DNA of 64,000 bases from an uncultured Nitrospiraceae bacterium (GTDB taxonomy: Bacteria > Nitrospirota > Thermodesulfovibrionia > Thermodesulfovibrionales > UBA6898), in the NCBI GenBank assembly GCA_964461065.1, contig CAYWRK010000012.1, positions 6,723 through 70,722 of the forward strand, read 5' to 3'. A model generated the notes under the pieces. That model made no database searches, was not told the origin of the DNA, and worked only from the letters and a program-made list of their open reading frames with translations. Each line of letters opens with the position of its first letter. The stretch's first letter is position 1. The translations under genes and the position numbers were made by a program. This document shows positions 39,801-47,949 of the stretch, in pieces.

Positions 39801-39950
39801 ATTGAAGAGGTTGACCTGAAGACAAAATTCGTTGAGGAGGGTGGACGAAGGAGCGAGGCAATCGACGGCGTTCCTCCTACCGGACAAGGCCTTGCCATTG
39901 TGGTACCACCCAAACCGATCGGTAAGATCATGCATATCAGGAAAGAGTAA
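33894..39950 (+). CDS. pilY1: Giant PilY1/PilC-family type IV pilus tip-associated protein with PA14-like insert
   Basis: Signal peptide. PilY1 signatures WKLGDIVNSTPKIV and GANDGMLHAF in the C-terminal third. PA14-like segment (GTWTFGLDANEAAEVEIDG...GWHTFIVRHFE). Followed by four minor-pilin genes. Confidence 0.8.
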   Translation: MRSINLHKDTFLVIFLVLLLSFSAFRPAEAATMSDYCVSPPFVTQAVPPLVLLTMGRDHKFWYTAYNDAYDLDGDGLIDVGYKHSIDYYGYFDSNRCYTYQSAGSPKGFIPVTASVATNKFCAAGQWSGNILNYLTMSKMDAVRKIFYGGNRVSASSTVLERAYIPQDAHSWGKEFTGRLCMGTGLSCINGSGVATNSGCSADSDCPTGSTCGSTTLYTNQCESDINCDTANGFSCVDQSINLIGIAAATPGSDCFPNAVSKVCSVAGTACTGDTDCPGEQCVYTRTGQILLLTYPHASSKTSAANANNHANLVASYEPNLMVASPQYVSTMSVTTAALDPRVDHGADYNYYLITQFEVTPGNAGTWTFGLDANEAAEVEIDGTVVVTRFGANVSCAAACTPPPATGTIVLTPGWHTFIVRHFEQNNSGSAAARQDGVRVWFDLPAAPVTWTYFNSTALNLRAPDIDPLASGNYCSVKTNNFIATGIPETSPYTVASPKRHLFCNTSLGDGPNFPPLLRLVTDRAERIWLWSAKERPVCNSSGTAGYPFTAPAATPTDYEVRVQTCTAAEAAAKTEYFKNYCKDYPTNSNAGWMPVGLLQKYSEGDGTSVCSKQFTKACNNNADCTLATEGECVAKSKMLFGLMTGSYTNNLQGGVLRKNIGSILDEVNSLTGSIQKSENARGNVAMSIDNMRTVGFSYSSYAYDTSANGGTCGWLANGPITNGQCRNWGNPIGEMMYEANRYFAGKQLVTTEFMYTTNDDAGLTLSKQGCTSSGCPKPWIQPYSLYPSCARPFILTFSDISPSFDSDTIPGTSFGAGISTDLPGLNVSTLADQIGTAEGLASTSKFIGQNGTAATDTDFLCTSKTIGNLGSVRGICPEEPNKQGTFYSAAMAYYGKDKLKYCTNSPNTTCLADTDCLLPAPAGTCTSRNINTYSIALSSPVPDITLKIGGKSVTFIPTGKSVGGCFNLDNTAAQTPKGCACTFTTDANGLHMSNCQGFCPTAQIVAFFIDKINYDSSGNLTYAKFRVNFEDVEQGADHDMDAIVTYEIAPHPLDPTNRLRVNITSDYSSTCVAMAFGFIVKGTTEDNAYLPVKLLGSTNAKVNALPLNWTKTFTVLGTSTQTLKDPLWYAAKWGGFEDSNGSHTPDLASEWDKDGDGNPDNYFLVVNPLKMEKQIEESFLSILRRASSGTAASVLASGEGSGANLVQAIFYPKRLFDREIDWTGTLKNLWYYLDPRLGNSTIREDTDLDAELELDRDYIINMFFDTDEQRTKASRWASDAAGVPGAAQPTVYLEELKYLWESGSQLHARATARDIRTNFPDNTLASFTTGLAGDATFRTLIQAADATAATNIINYVRGDSDGTGNRNRTVTDSATGTTGIWKLGDIVNSTPKIVSWIPMNKYDETYADKTYTEFLKSSTYQNRGTVFTGANDGMLHAFKLGTLGIVKDGTSKKATLTGTDLGSEQWAFIPKNALPYLKYLMDPAYCHLYYIDLTPSIFDASIEAPGVHAGDYWTQSKASSSWRTVLIGGMKLGGACKNANYTAAFAADPFVKTPITTAGYTEVGYSSYFAMDITDPASPQLMWEFANPSLGFATTGPSIMRINAREVTGSTSVPNKNLNGKWFVVLASGPTGSIGTDRMFKGYSDQPLSLFILDAKTGALLRTINTGAAAVAGDRINYAFGGSLNNANIDYDFDYQDDALYLGYTKSEHAIPDATTRWTNGGVIRLVTREDLNGTNLTTTGNTALNPDNWAWSHVIKDTGPVTASVGHLAHYRPGSTKPDIGWLYLGTGRFFYRGDDDNARNIAGVKDLCLRDASAAILPIGLTVDSASQFYAECTDGTTTPPANAQVAPGDLVDKTCSGLTGATLAACFAQPCVSGTPMVGSNLIQCLSNRTYKGWHIRLDSPPAERMITDPLATPTGAVFFTTFAPSPDACKFGGSSYLWAVNYETGGSVGDVLQGKALLQVSTGAIEEVDLKTKFVEEGGRRSEAIDGVPPTGQGLAIVVPPKPIGKIMHIRKE

Positions 39951-39957
39951 TGCTGCT

Positions 39958-40578
39958 ATGAGACGATCAGGACATAGGAATACTATAATGATGCATATTA
40001 TGCAAACAGAGAGTTGCAACAAGCCCTTCTGCAGAAATCAGAAGGGCTTTACCCTGACCGAACTGATGATCGTGGTCGCAATAGTCGCGGTTCTAACGGT
40101 TGCCCTTGCGTTTTCGTACCAGGGCTGGATGGGCAGATATAAAGTAGAGAAGACAACAAAAGATCTGTATTCTGACCTGATGACCGCCCGGGTCAGTGCA
40201 ATGACGAGGCAGCGGATGTTCTTTATCGATTTTCCGACTGCAACAACTTACCGGATGATAGAGGATGCCAATGACAACAATGCCTCGAATCCTGGTGCTG
40301 GCGACACGGTGCCCCTGACTTTCCCCAAGAATGTCGAGTATACTATCACAAGTACGGGCGGAGTTCTTTCCTTTGATAAACGCGGTATTATAAATGCGAG
40401 TGCCATTGTTCTGTCGCCTACGAATCAGGGATTCATATGTGTAACCGCTGGTTCAGCTGCATCCGATCCAGATTACGACTGCATTGTTGTTGAGCAGACG
40501 CGTATTAAGACAGGAAAACTTACAACACAGATCATTGCTGGAGGTGCGTGCGATGCACTTAACTGCGTGGCAAGGTAA
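39958..40578 (+). CDS. Type IV minor pilin, FimT/GspH-like
   Basis: Prepilin motif KG-FTLTELMIVVAIVAVL. The leader length is uncertain, with alternative ATGs at 39988 and 40000. Confidence 0.8.
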   Translation: MRRSGHRNTIMMHIMQTESCNKPFCRNQKGFTLTELMIVVAIVAVLTVALAFSYQGWMGRYKVEKTTKDLYSDLMTARVSAMTRQRMFFIDFPTATTYRMIEDANDNNASNPGAGDTVPLTFPKNVEYTITSTGGVLSFDKRGIINASAIVLSPTNQGFICVTAGSAASDPDYDCIVVEQTRIKTGKLTTQIIAGGACDALNCVAR

Positions 40579-40996
40579 GCGCGGCGTCAGTCTCATAGAG
40601 GTTCTTATTGCGCTCACGATCCTCCTGATCGTATTTATGGGATTGATACAGGCATCTATTCTTTCGATCCAGAGCAACATGAGAAACCAGCTGAGGGATG
40701 AGGCGGTAACAATAGCTTCAGAACAGATCTCACGTCTCAGGTCAGCCAACTATGATGACATGAATAATGATACCGTGACTGACGGTGTTACACTTATTGC
40801 CACTGACTTTACTGCAGCACGCGGGTGGCCGCCGACAATTGCCAGGACGTATAGGTCTGCTGCTTCAGTAACGTTCAATATTGCCAGGGTGGTAAATAAC
40901 CTTGATGCCAATAACAAGCAGATCACGGTCACGCTGACCTGGACTTGGCAGGGTGAGAATTTTCAGCACCAGATAATGACCACGAGGCAGAGATGA
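40553..40996 (+). CDS. pilV: Type IV minor pilin PilV-like
   Basis: Prepilin motif RG-VSLIEVLIALTILLIV. GGAGGTG lies upstream of the ATG at 40553. Confidence 0.8.
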   Translation: MHLTAWQGKRGVSLIEVLIALTILLIVFMGLIQASILSIQSNMRNQLRDEAVTIASEQISRLRSANYDDMNNDTVTDGVTLIATDFTAARGWPPTIARTYRSAASVTFNIARVVNNLDANNKQITVTLTWTWQGENFQHQIMTTRQR

Positions 40997-42204
40997 AGAT
41001 ACTACGCAAGCAGACAGGACTTACTCTGGTAGAGCTGATGGTCACCATGATCATCTTTGTGCTGGTCATCGTGGCAGCGTCAAATATATTTATCGGCATT
41101 CTCGGACAGTACAAGCAGCAGTCCAAGATTGCTGAGACCAGCATAGAGGGACTTGTCGGCCTGCAGATGCTGCGATCTGATATTGAGCAGGCAGGGTACG
41201 GCCTGCCCTATGACATCGGCACGGCCAATTATCTTGAGGCTGCGAACGACGCTGCAACAACGCAGGACGACACCTCATTTAACGACGAGGCCGGAGCCAC
41301 AGATGCCCCTCCCCGTGCAGTCCTGACCGGCACGGTTGCTGCAGGAGGAAACGGGCTGCCCAATACCTATATTTCTGATGTCCTGGTGCTCAAGGCAACA
41401 AATATCGTGATGAATGACACGGTAAAAAAATGGGCGTCTGTCAGCAATACTGGTCCGAACAACGTGATTGCCACCTGGACGAATACTGTCACAGGAGGTT
41501 CCCTTACAGAGGAGAATCTTTGTTATAATTCTGTGGCGCCCTGCAATGGCTCTGACAATGTGACGGTTATCAGACCTGCTGCCGGCACGCTTCAGAGAGT
41601 GCTCGTTAATGATGCCGGTGCGTTTTACCGAACCTTTCTTAATCCTGCGGGAGCAATTCCGACAAGCGGATTTTTCCCTACAGTCGAGAGCTATGAAACA
41701 TACATTATGTATGGGTTAACTCCCAACGGCACTGTTCCGAGAATGCCTTTTAACCGGGCTGACTTTTATGTGAAAAGACCGGCGACTATGCCAGCGCACT
41801 GTGCTCCACAGACCGGCATTCTCTACAAGGCAGCATTGAACCATGCAGACGGGCTTCATACCGAGTATCCGCTCCTTGACTGTGTGGCAGCCATGAAGAT
41901 CGTGCTTATGGCAGATACTGACACTAATCCTGCTACGGCGATGGTCGCAGGAACCGCTGGTGCATGGCCAGTGCTTACAGGGGTTAATGCAACTTCTGCG
42001 GCTGATATCAGGAGTCAGCTCAAGGAAGTGCGAATATATGTTGTAACCCATGAGGGCCAGCGGGATACCAGCTTCACATTTCCAACGGCAAACCTTACTG
42101 TTACTGACCCTGATGCCGGGCTGCTGCTCACCTATCCGCTGCCTGACCGCAACTACCGGTGGAAGACTTATACAATGGTGCTGAAGCCATATAATCTGAG
42201 GTAA
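40993..42204 (+). CDS. pilW: Type IV minor pilin PilW-like
   Basis: Prepilin motif TG-LTLVELMVTMIIFVLV. About 400 aa. ATGA overlap with the upstream gene. Confidence 0.8.
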   Translation: MKILRKQTGLTLVELMVTMIIFVLVIVAASNIFIGILGQYKQQSKIAETSIEGLVGLQMLRSDIEQAGYGLPYDIGTANYLEAANDAATTQDDTSFNDEAGATDAPPRAVLTGTVAAGGNGLPNTYISDVLVLKATNIVMNDTVKKWASVSNTGPNNVIATWTNTVTGGSLTEENLCYNSVAPCNGSDNVTVIRPAAGTLQRVLVNDAGAFYRTFLNPAGAIPTSGFFPTVESYETYIMYGLTPNGTVPRMPFNRADFYVKRPATMPAHCAPQTGILYKAALNHADGLHTEYPLLDCVAAMKIVLMADTDTNPATAMVAGTAGAWPVLTGVNATSAADIRSQLKEVRIYVVTHEGQRDTSFTFPTANLTVTDPDAGLLLTYPLPDRNYRWKTYTMVLKPYNLR

Positions 42205-42207
42205 TGA

Positions 42208-42894
42208 ATGAAAATGAAACAGATAAAGAATGAAAGAGGAATAGCGCTTGTTTTGGTATTAATCCTTGCCCTGATCGGTCTTGGCATGGTCTCATCGCTC
42301 CTGTTCATGCTCACTCAGGGCACACAATTTTCCGGCTCTCAGAAGTTTTACCGGACTGCCGAAGAAGCAGGCTTTGGCGGTGTTGAGCTTACGACCCAAT
42401 ACCTTGCCAGCAGGGGAGCGCTTGATATTGTCAGCCCCGGACTTACGGGATTAAGCTTCACTTCAGGGTGCAACTGTAATGATCCGTATACCTATACTGA
42501 CAATATTGATCTGATGACCGGTGCGGCTTCCAACCGCTGCGACAAGCTCTGCAATCCGACTGCCAGCTGGCCTGCAGCGCTCGATGAGAATGCTGCTGCC
42601 GGCATACAGGTGTCCCTCAATCCCAAAGTAAATGCTGACATGACGTATGTCCTGCCCGGCCTGCTGCCGGTTACTTATACGGTTTATTCGAAATTGGTTG
42701 ATACAGTGCAGGGCAATTCAGATGTTGGTGGTCTTGTTCTGAGCGGAGAATTAGGCGGAGCCGGTGTTGTTGCTTCGAACAGCGGCCTTGTGTCTCCTCC
42801 CCATAATCCATATATCTACCGGCTTGAGGTGCAGGCAGAGGCAACGAACAATCCCCGTGAACACTCCAGGATGTCGGTGCTTTATCTGTATTGA
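42208..42894 (+). CDS. pilX: PilX-like minor pilin / pilus assembly protein
   Basis: N-terminal NERGIALVLVLILALIGLGMV hydrophobic segment, typical of PilX. Its position follows pilW. Confidence 0.7.
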   Translation: MKMKQIKNERGIALVLVLILALIGLGMVSSLLFMLTQGTQFSGSQKFYRTAEEAGFGGVELTTQYLASRGALDIVSPGLTGLSFTSGCNCNDPYTYTDNIDLMTGAASNRCDKLCNPTASWPAALDENAAAGIQVSLNPKVNADMTYVLPGLLPVTYTVYSKLVDTVQGNSDVGGLVLSGELGGAGVVASNSGLVSPPHNPYIYRLEVQAEATNNPREHSRMSVLYLY

Positions 42895-42974
42895 CCTTCC
42901 GCTCCGAAGGTCAATACAGTCCGGAAAAGACGTTGGTCACGGCTTTGTGCAGACGAAGGATTACAAACCTGCCA

Positions 42975-43646
42975 TTATACGCCACGCTTCTTTCTTGCTG
43001 CCTCAAGGTCGAACACAAATTGTTTTACGTGCGTCCGAAAAAAATACCTGACATCTTCCCAGTTTAGCTCCATCCCTTTTCTATAAGCCGGTTCGGGATT
43101 AGTGTCAGCGTCCGCAAAATATACGAGCGATTTGCCCATCTGAACAGGGTTGACCCGCTCTATTCCAAACCGCTTTATCATATGCCCCGCGAGTTTGTGA
43201 AAAGGGGTCTCCTGCAGAATAGCGTAAAGGTCTACGAAATCCCTTTTTGCCCCACGCTGCATTAGAGCGATCACTTTCATCGCGGCTATATCGAGTATCC
43301 CGGCCATGCGTGTCTGATCGAGCTCAACGATACTGTCGAGAAAAGGATATTCATATCTAAAAAAAGACGCTTTGACTCCCTCAATCTCCATGGTTAGGCT
43401 GCCCTCTTCCTCGGCCAATATCCGAAAATCCAATGCTGCTTTTTTGATCTCTGAAATGAGCTTATCATTCCTGAAACTGCGCAGAGTGAAAAAGTCGAGG
43501 TCGTAAGATATCCGATGCCCTTTTTGCAGGGATAATGCTGTGCCCCCAGCCAGCAAAAATTGATTGGCCTGGATGATACCCCACAATGAAGTCAGGACCC
43601 TCCAGCCATTATCGGGAAGGCAGGCTTTATATATTTTCAAAGCCAA
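42975..43646 (-). CDS. Nucleotidyltransferase AbiEii/AbiGii-family toxin
   Basis: LLAGGTALSLQKGHRISYDLDFF motif, typical of the family. Overlaps the upstream small gene. Confidence 0.8.
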   Translation of the reverse strand: MALKIYKACLPDNGWRVLTSLWGIIQANQFLLAGGTALSLQKGHRISYDLDFFTLRSFRNDKLISEIKKAALDFRILAEEEGSLTMEIEGVKASFFRYEYPFLDSIVELDQTRMAGILDIAAMKVIALMQRGAKRDFVDLYAILQETPFHKLAGHMIKRFGIERVNPVQMGKSLVYFADADTNPEPAYRKGMELNWEDVRYFFRTHVKQFVFDLEAARKKRGV

Positions 43647-44028
43647 ACCATAAACTCCAGAAAGTCCTTGATTTACGACTGAGCCCTCTGCTGTCAGCGA
43701 GGACTTCCTTTATCTTTTGAAGGGTAACTATCCCCTGGAGCCAGTTCACCGCATCCAGACTGCCCAACTCGAGGACCCTTTCTATTATGTAACGGGAGTT
43801 TCTCTTTACGTGGATATCCTCAAGCCGTGCATCCCAGAACAGGGAACAAAACCTTTCCGGTACCGAGGTTGTCTCGCGGAGGGCCGACATTATTTTTTCG
43901 ACTCTGGGGTCACCAATTGGTCCTATATATCTGTGTTTCACTTTTCCACCCTCACGAGCGGAAAGATATACATAGGATCTCCGGCCGACTACTTTGGTTA
44001 TCAATGCCATGTCTCTATTATACCACAC
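43627..44028 (-). CDS. Putative cognate antitoxin of the AbiEii-like toxin
   Basis: 133 aa with a 20-nt overlap with the toxin gene. The call rests on position only. Confidence 0.55.
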   Translation of the reverse strand: MWYNRDMALITKVVGRRSYVYLSAREGGKVKHRYIGPIGDPRVEKIMSALRETTSVPERFCSLFWDARLEDIHVKRNSRYIIERVLELGSLDAVNWLQGIVTLQKIKEVLADSRGLSRKSRTFWSLWFGFENI

Positions 44029-44360
44029 AATGTGTGATATAAATGCTGTATATCTCTTGAGGCTTGAAGCGTTGATTGTGTTTTTTGAAATGATGGCTGC
44101 TGTTGAAAACTGAGGGTCTTTCCCCTGCTGTCTCCCCTGATCACAATCAGAGAACGAAAGCAGAAGTAAAAGGTGCCAAAAGATATCAGAGTATGATTAG
44201 GGAAAATAGTGCTTGAAAACAGGATTCCTCGTCAGTAAAATACGAAACGAGGGGGCACGTTGCCTTAGTATTCAACGGAACGGGTTTATTGGAGATCCTG
44301 CTATCAGCAAATAGGTTGTTCCTCCTCGTTTATCCATGTCAGTTACAGGGGTTACATATT

Positions 44361-44370
44361 GGGGGGGGGG
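44361..44370 (+). repeat. Homopolymeric G10 tract
   Basis: Ten consecutive G residues ending 3 nt before the ATG at 44374. Confidence 0.98.
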
Positions 44371-44373
44371 AAC

Positions 44374-44868
44374 ATGAACAACAGCCGGGGCGTAACATTG
44401 GTCGAGCTTCTGATCGTATTCACAATCATAGGCATACTTTGCAGTTCGCTTGCCTATGCCTATTCAGGATGGATGGGCAGATATAAAGTTGAAAAGCAGA
44501 CAAAAGATATCTATTCCGATATGATGGCTGCACGACTGATGGCTATGGAAAGAAACCGGGTATATTTCTTGGATTTCACAGGCGCTACAACATACAGGAT
44601 CGTAGAAGATACAAATGACAATAGTGCCATAAATGTAGGGGCCGGAGATACCGTTCTTCCGGCGTTCCCCAAGACCGTTGAGCACGAAAACATTGCTAAT
44701 GGCTATGGCATTCCGGTCACCTTCAAGTTCAGCCGCAGGGGAACTATTTCGCCGCTGAGGACAATACGGATTGCTCATACCACAGACCCTGATTATGACT
44801 GTATCACTATTTCTTCAACGCGGATCAATATGGGCCAGATGTCGGGAGATTCATGCGTTCAAAAATAG
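44374..44868 (+). CDS. Type IV minor pilin, FimT/GspH-like (paralogue of 39958-40578)
   Basis: Prepilin motif MNNSRG-VTLVELLIVFTIIGIL. It shares GWMGRYKVEK.TKD.YSD and DPDYDCI with the first FimT-like gene. Confidence 0.8.
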   Translation: MNNSRGVTLVELLIVFTIIGILCSSLAYAYSGWMGRYKVEKQTKDIYSDMMAARLMAMERNRVYFLDFTGATTYRIVEDTNDNSAINVGAGDTVLPAFPKTVEHENIANGYGIPVTFKFSRRGTISPLRTIRIAHTTDPDYDCITISSTRINMGQMSGDSCVQK

Positions 44869-44907
44869 TCTGAGACTGCACCGATGGTGGCGAACCAGCA
44901 AAGTCAA

Positions 44908-45876
44908 CTACGGTGCGTCAATGGGGTCGATTGCTCTGCCGTAGACCTCTGCAAGTATCTTGTCCGCGCCCTTTGAAAGCAGCTTCTCGCCAAGGGTTAT
45001 GCCAAGCGTCTCGGCATCTTCTATCTTGCCCTCAAGATGCTCCTTGATGATCCTGTCACCGGTAACACTGCCAACCAGCCCATCCATGATCAGCCTGCCG
45101 TCTTTGATCGTGGCATACGCAGCGATCGGCACCTGACAGCCGCCCTGGAGCCTTTTCAGCAAAGCCCGTTCAGCCCTGACACAGATCCATGTTTCTTTAT
45201 GGTTCAGGGGAGCAATAAGCTGATTGATGAACTCGTCGTTTATCCTGCATTCGATCCCGACCGCACCCTGACCTATTGCCGGAAGACTTGTTTCCGGCTC
45301 TATCACCTCAGTAATCCGCTGCTGCCAGCCAAGCCTTTTGACGCCTGCAGTCGCAAGGATCATGGCATCAAACTGTCCTTCATCGAGCTTTCTAAACCGC
45401 GTCTCGAGATTTCCCCTAAGCTGGGCAATCTTCAGATCGGGCCTTTTGCTCAATAGCTGGCATGACCGCCTCAGGCTGCTTGTACCAATGGTTGCTCCCT
45501 GAGGCAGGTCCTTAAGGCTCTTTGCTCCCTGCTCTTTGCTCTGGGCTATAAACGCATCCCGCGGATCCTCTCTTTCGCAGATCACCGCCAGATAAAGACT
45601 CTCAGGAAATTCAGTAGGCACGTCCTTCATGCTATGCACTGCTAAGTCAGCCTCTCCCTTGAGAAGGGCCTCTTCAATCTCCTTAACAAAAAGACCCTTG
45701 CCCCCGACCTTTGCAAGCGGCACATCAAGTATCTTGTCACCGGTCGTCTTGATCTTGTTCAGCCCGATCTCCAGTCCAGGATTCAGGCGCTGCAGCTCAG
45801 CCTTCACCCATTCTGCCTGCCAGAGCGCAAGCCTGGAGCCGCGTGTGCCGATTACCACTTTATTTTTTTTCATCAT
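44908..45876 (-). CDS. hemC: Hydroxymethylbilane synthase (porphobilinogen deaminase)
   Basis: IGTRGSRLALWQA N-terminus and a C-terminal cofactor-Cys region (LQGGCQVPI). Confidence 0.95.
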   Translation of the reverse strand: MMKKNKVVIGTRGSRLALWQAEWVKAELQRLNPGLEIGLNKIKTTGDKILDVPLAKVGGKGLFVKEIEEALLKGEADLAVHSMKDVPTEFPESLYLAVICEREDPRDAFIAQSKEQGAKSLKDLPQGATIGTSSLRRSCQLLSKRPDLKIAQLRGNLETRFRKLDEGQFDAMILATAGVKRLGWQQRITEVIEPETSLPAIGQGAVGIECRINDEFINQLIAPLNHKETWICVRAERALLKRLQGGCQVPIAAYATIKDGRLIMDGLVGSVTGDRIIKEHLEGKIEDAETLGITLGEKLLSKGADKILAEVYGRAIDPIDAP

Positions 45877-47137
45877 CTTCTCCGTTCAGACCATAGAGTC
45901 TCTTGATCACTGCTATCATTACGTCCTTGTCTTCAGCATCATCCTTCAGCGCTATGGTTGGCCCATGGATAAGTTTGTTCATGATGGCGCTCGACAGACC
46001 CTCTATCGCCTTTCGTTCCTTATCTCCCAGATCAGGGAAACGGTTCAAAAACCGATCGAGCTCTTCTTTTCTGATCGTCTCCGCCTTTTCACGAAGAGCA
46101 ACGACTGCAGGCACAGAATCAAGCGTGGACAACCATTTCTTGAAGGTCTCGATCTCTTCCTCGACGATTTCCTCTGCCTTCTCCGCCTCTTTCTGGCGCT
46201 CCTGCTTGTTTGTATCCACGACATCATTTAAATCATCGACATTATACAGGTACACATTATCCATATCATTAATAGCAGGATCGATATTCCGGGGCACGGA
46301 TATATCGATAAGAAAAACAGGTTTCTGTTTTCTTGCCTTCATGGCCTTCTGCATATGCTCCTTTAGCAGAACGTATGAAGGAGCTCCAGTGGAGCATATC
46401 AGGATATCCGTATCGACCAGTTTCTCAGGAAATTCCTCGAACTTTATAGCCTTGCCATTGAATTCATGCGCAAGTTCGCAGCCGCGGACATAGGTCCTGT
46501 TGGCTACAGCAATCTCCTGAATGCCGTTGTTCATCATATGCTTTGCAGCCAGCTCTGCCATCTCGCCGGCGCCAAGGAGCATAAACGATTTGCCTGAAAG
46601 ATCAGTGAATATCTTCTTGGCAAGCTCAACTGCTGCAAAGCTGATCGAAACTGCGCTTGATGCAATCCTCGTTTCTGTCCTGACCCGTTTGGCAACGGAT
46701 ATTGATTTTTTGAGTAGTCGGTTCAGGAGTGCACCCGTTGTTTTCTTCTCCAGTGCAAAATCAAAGGCATCTTTCAGCTGGCCGAGAATCTGGGGCTCGC
46801 CCAGCACCATGGAATCGAGGCTCGAGGCAACCCTGAAGATATGTTTCACTGCCAGCATCTCCTCATGGAGGTACAGGGCGATATCCAGCGAATCGCGTTT
46901 GAGATCAAAGAACTGCACAAGAAAATCTTTGAGCGAGGCAAATGCCTGCTGCAGGTCAGCAACTGTCAGATATATTTCTACCCTGTTGCAGGTCGAAAGT
47001 ATTGCTGCCTCTTTTATGCCCGCAAGAGCCTTTATGCGAAGGAGTCCCTCCTCAAGCTTTGGGCCGCTAAAGGCAAGCTTTTCCCTGAGTTCAACGTCAG
47101 CTGTTTTGTGGTTCAGTCCGATAACTGCAATTTTCAT
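45860..47137 (-). CDS. hemA: Glutamyl-tRNA reductase
   Basis: ILSTCNRVEIY active-site Cys motif and NADPH-binding LLGAGEMAE. Confidence 0.95.
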   Translation of the reverse strand: MKIAVIGLNHKTADVELREKLAFSGPKLEEGLLRIKALAGIKEAAILSTCNRVEIYLTVADLQQAFASLKDFLVQFFDLKRDSLDIALYLHEEMLAVKHIFRVASSLDSMVLGEPQILGQLKDAFDFALEKKTTGALLNRLLKKSISVAKRVRTETRIASSAVSISFAAVELAKKIFTDLSGKSFMLLGAGEMAELAAKHMMNNGIQEIAVANRTYVRGCELAHEFNGKAIKFEEFPEKLVDTDILICSTGAPSYVLLKEHMQKAMKARKQKPVFLIDISVPRNIDPAINDMDNVYLYNVDDLNDVVDTNKQERQKEAEKAEEIVEEEIETFKKWLSTLDSVPAVVALREKAETIRKEELDRFLNRFPDLGDKERKAIEGLSSAIMNKLIHGPTIALKDDAEDKDVMIAVIKRLYGLNGEDDEKK

Positions 47138-47949
47138 CAGAATGCGTGGTATCCCTTAAGAAGCAGATTAACCCCGAAGAATGTGAAGAGGACAACAGAG
47201 AAGCCGATAATCGAAATAATGGCTGCTTTCTTCCCCCTCCATCCTTTTGTAAGCCTGAGATGGAGTACGCCGGCATAGATAAACCAGGTAATGAGGGACC
47301 ATACCTCTTTGGGATCCCATCTCCAAAATCTGCCGAGACTGCTTTCTGCCCAGAGCGCTCCGGTGATGATCGCCAGCGTCAGGAACGGGAAGCCGATCGT
47401 GATCAGGCGATAATTCATTTCATCGAGGATCTGAAGGCTCGGCAGTCTTTTGAAGAGACCTCCAAGATGCTTGGACTTGACGTAATGCTCCTGCACCAGA
47501 TACATGATGCCAACACCGAATGCCATGGCAAAGGCAGCATCGCCGATAAATGCAAACGCCGTATGGATGAAGAGCCAGGAACTCTGAAGAAGCGGGCTCA
47601 GGTTCTCGATCTTCCGCGGCAGCATAGAGGAAGCGAGCATAAGGACAAATACCACAGGCATGATAAATGAGCCGAGAAGTCCGACCCGATACCGGTATTC
47701 AAGGAAGAAGAAGAGCAGCACAATGCACCAGGAGAAGAAAGAAGAGGCCTCGTGGAGGCTTGCTGTGGGCATGTGACCAGAGATGAAATACCGCGCAAGG
47801 ATATTGATGGTATGGAGGACAAATCCGGCAACCACAAGCCCGAACATGATGCGCGACGTGGTCTTGGTGCCCTTGAACAGTTCAAGGCCGCATGCTATAG
47901 TCGCTGCAAAATAACAGGTAAGCGCGAACTCAAAGAGAAGCGTTTCCAT
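47137..47949 (-). CDS. CcsA/HemX-family cytochrome c assembly (haem-handling) membrane protein
   Basis: Polytopic membrane protein with the W-rich motif WAESSLGRFWRWDPKEVW. 1-nt overlap with hemA. Confidence 0.85.
   Translation of the reverse strand: METLLFEFALTCYFAATIACGLELFKGTKTTSRIMFGLVVAGFVLHTINILARYFISGHMPTASLHEASSFFSWCIVLLFFFLEYRYRVGLLGSFIMPVVFVLMLASSMLPRKIENLSPLLQSSWLFIHTAFAFIGDAAFAMAFGVGIMYLVQEHYVKSKHLGGLFKRLPSLQILDEMNYRLITIGFPFLTLAIITGALWAESSLGRFWRWDPKEVWSLITWFIYAGVLHLRLTKGWRGKKAAIISIIGFSVVLFTFFGVNLLLKGYHAF

Noticed and set aside
44251-44265. GGGGCACGTTGCC upstream of the second FimT-like pilin, which looks sigma54-like
   Set aside because: The GG-to-GC spacing is 6 nt instead of the required 10, so it is not a valid -24/-12 element.
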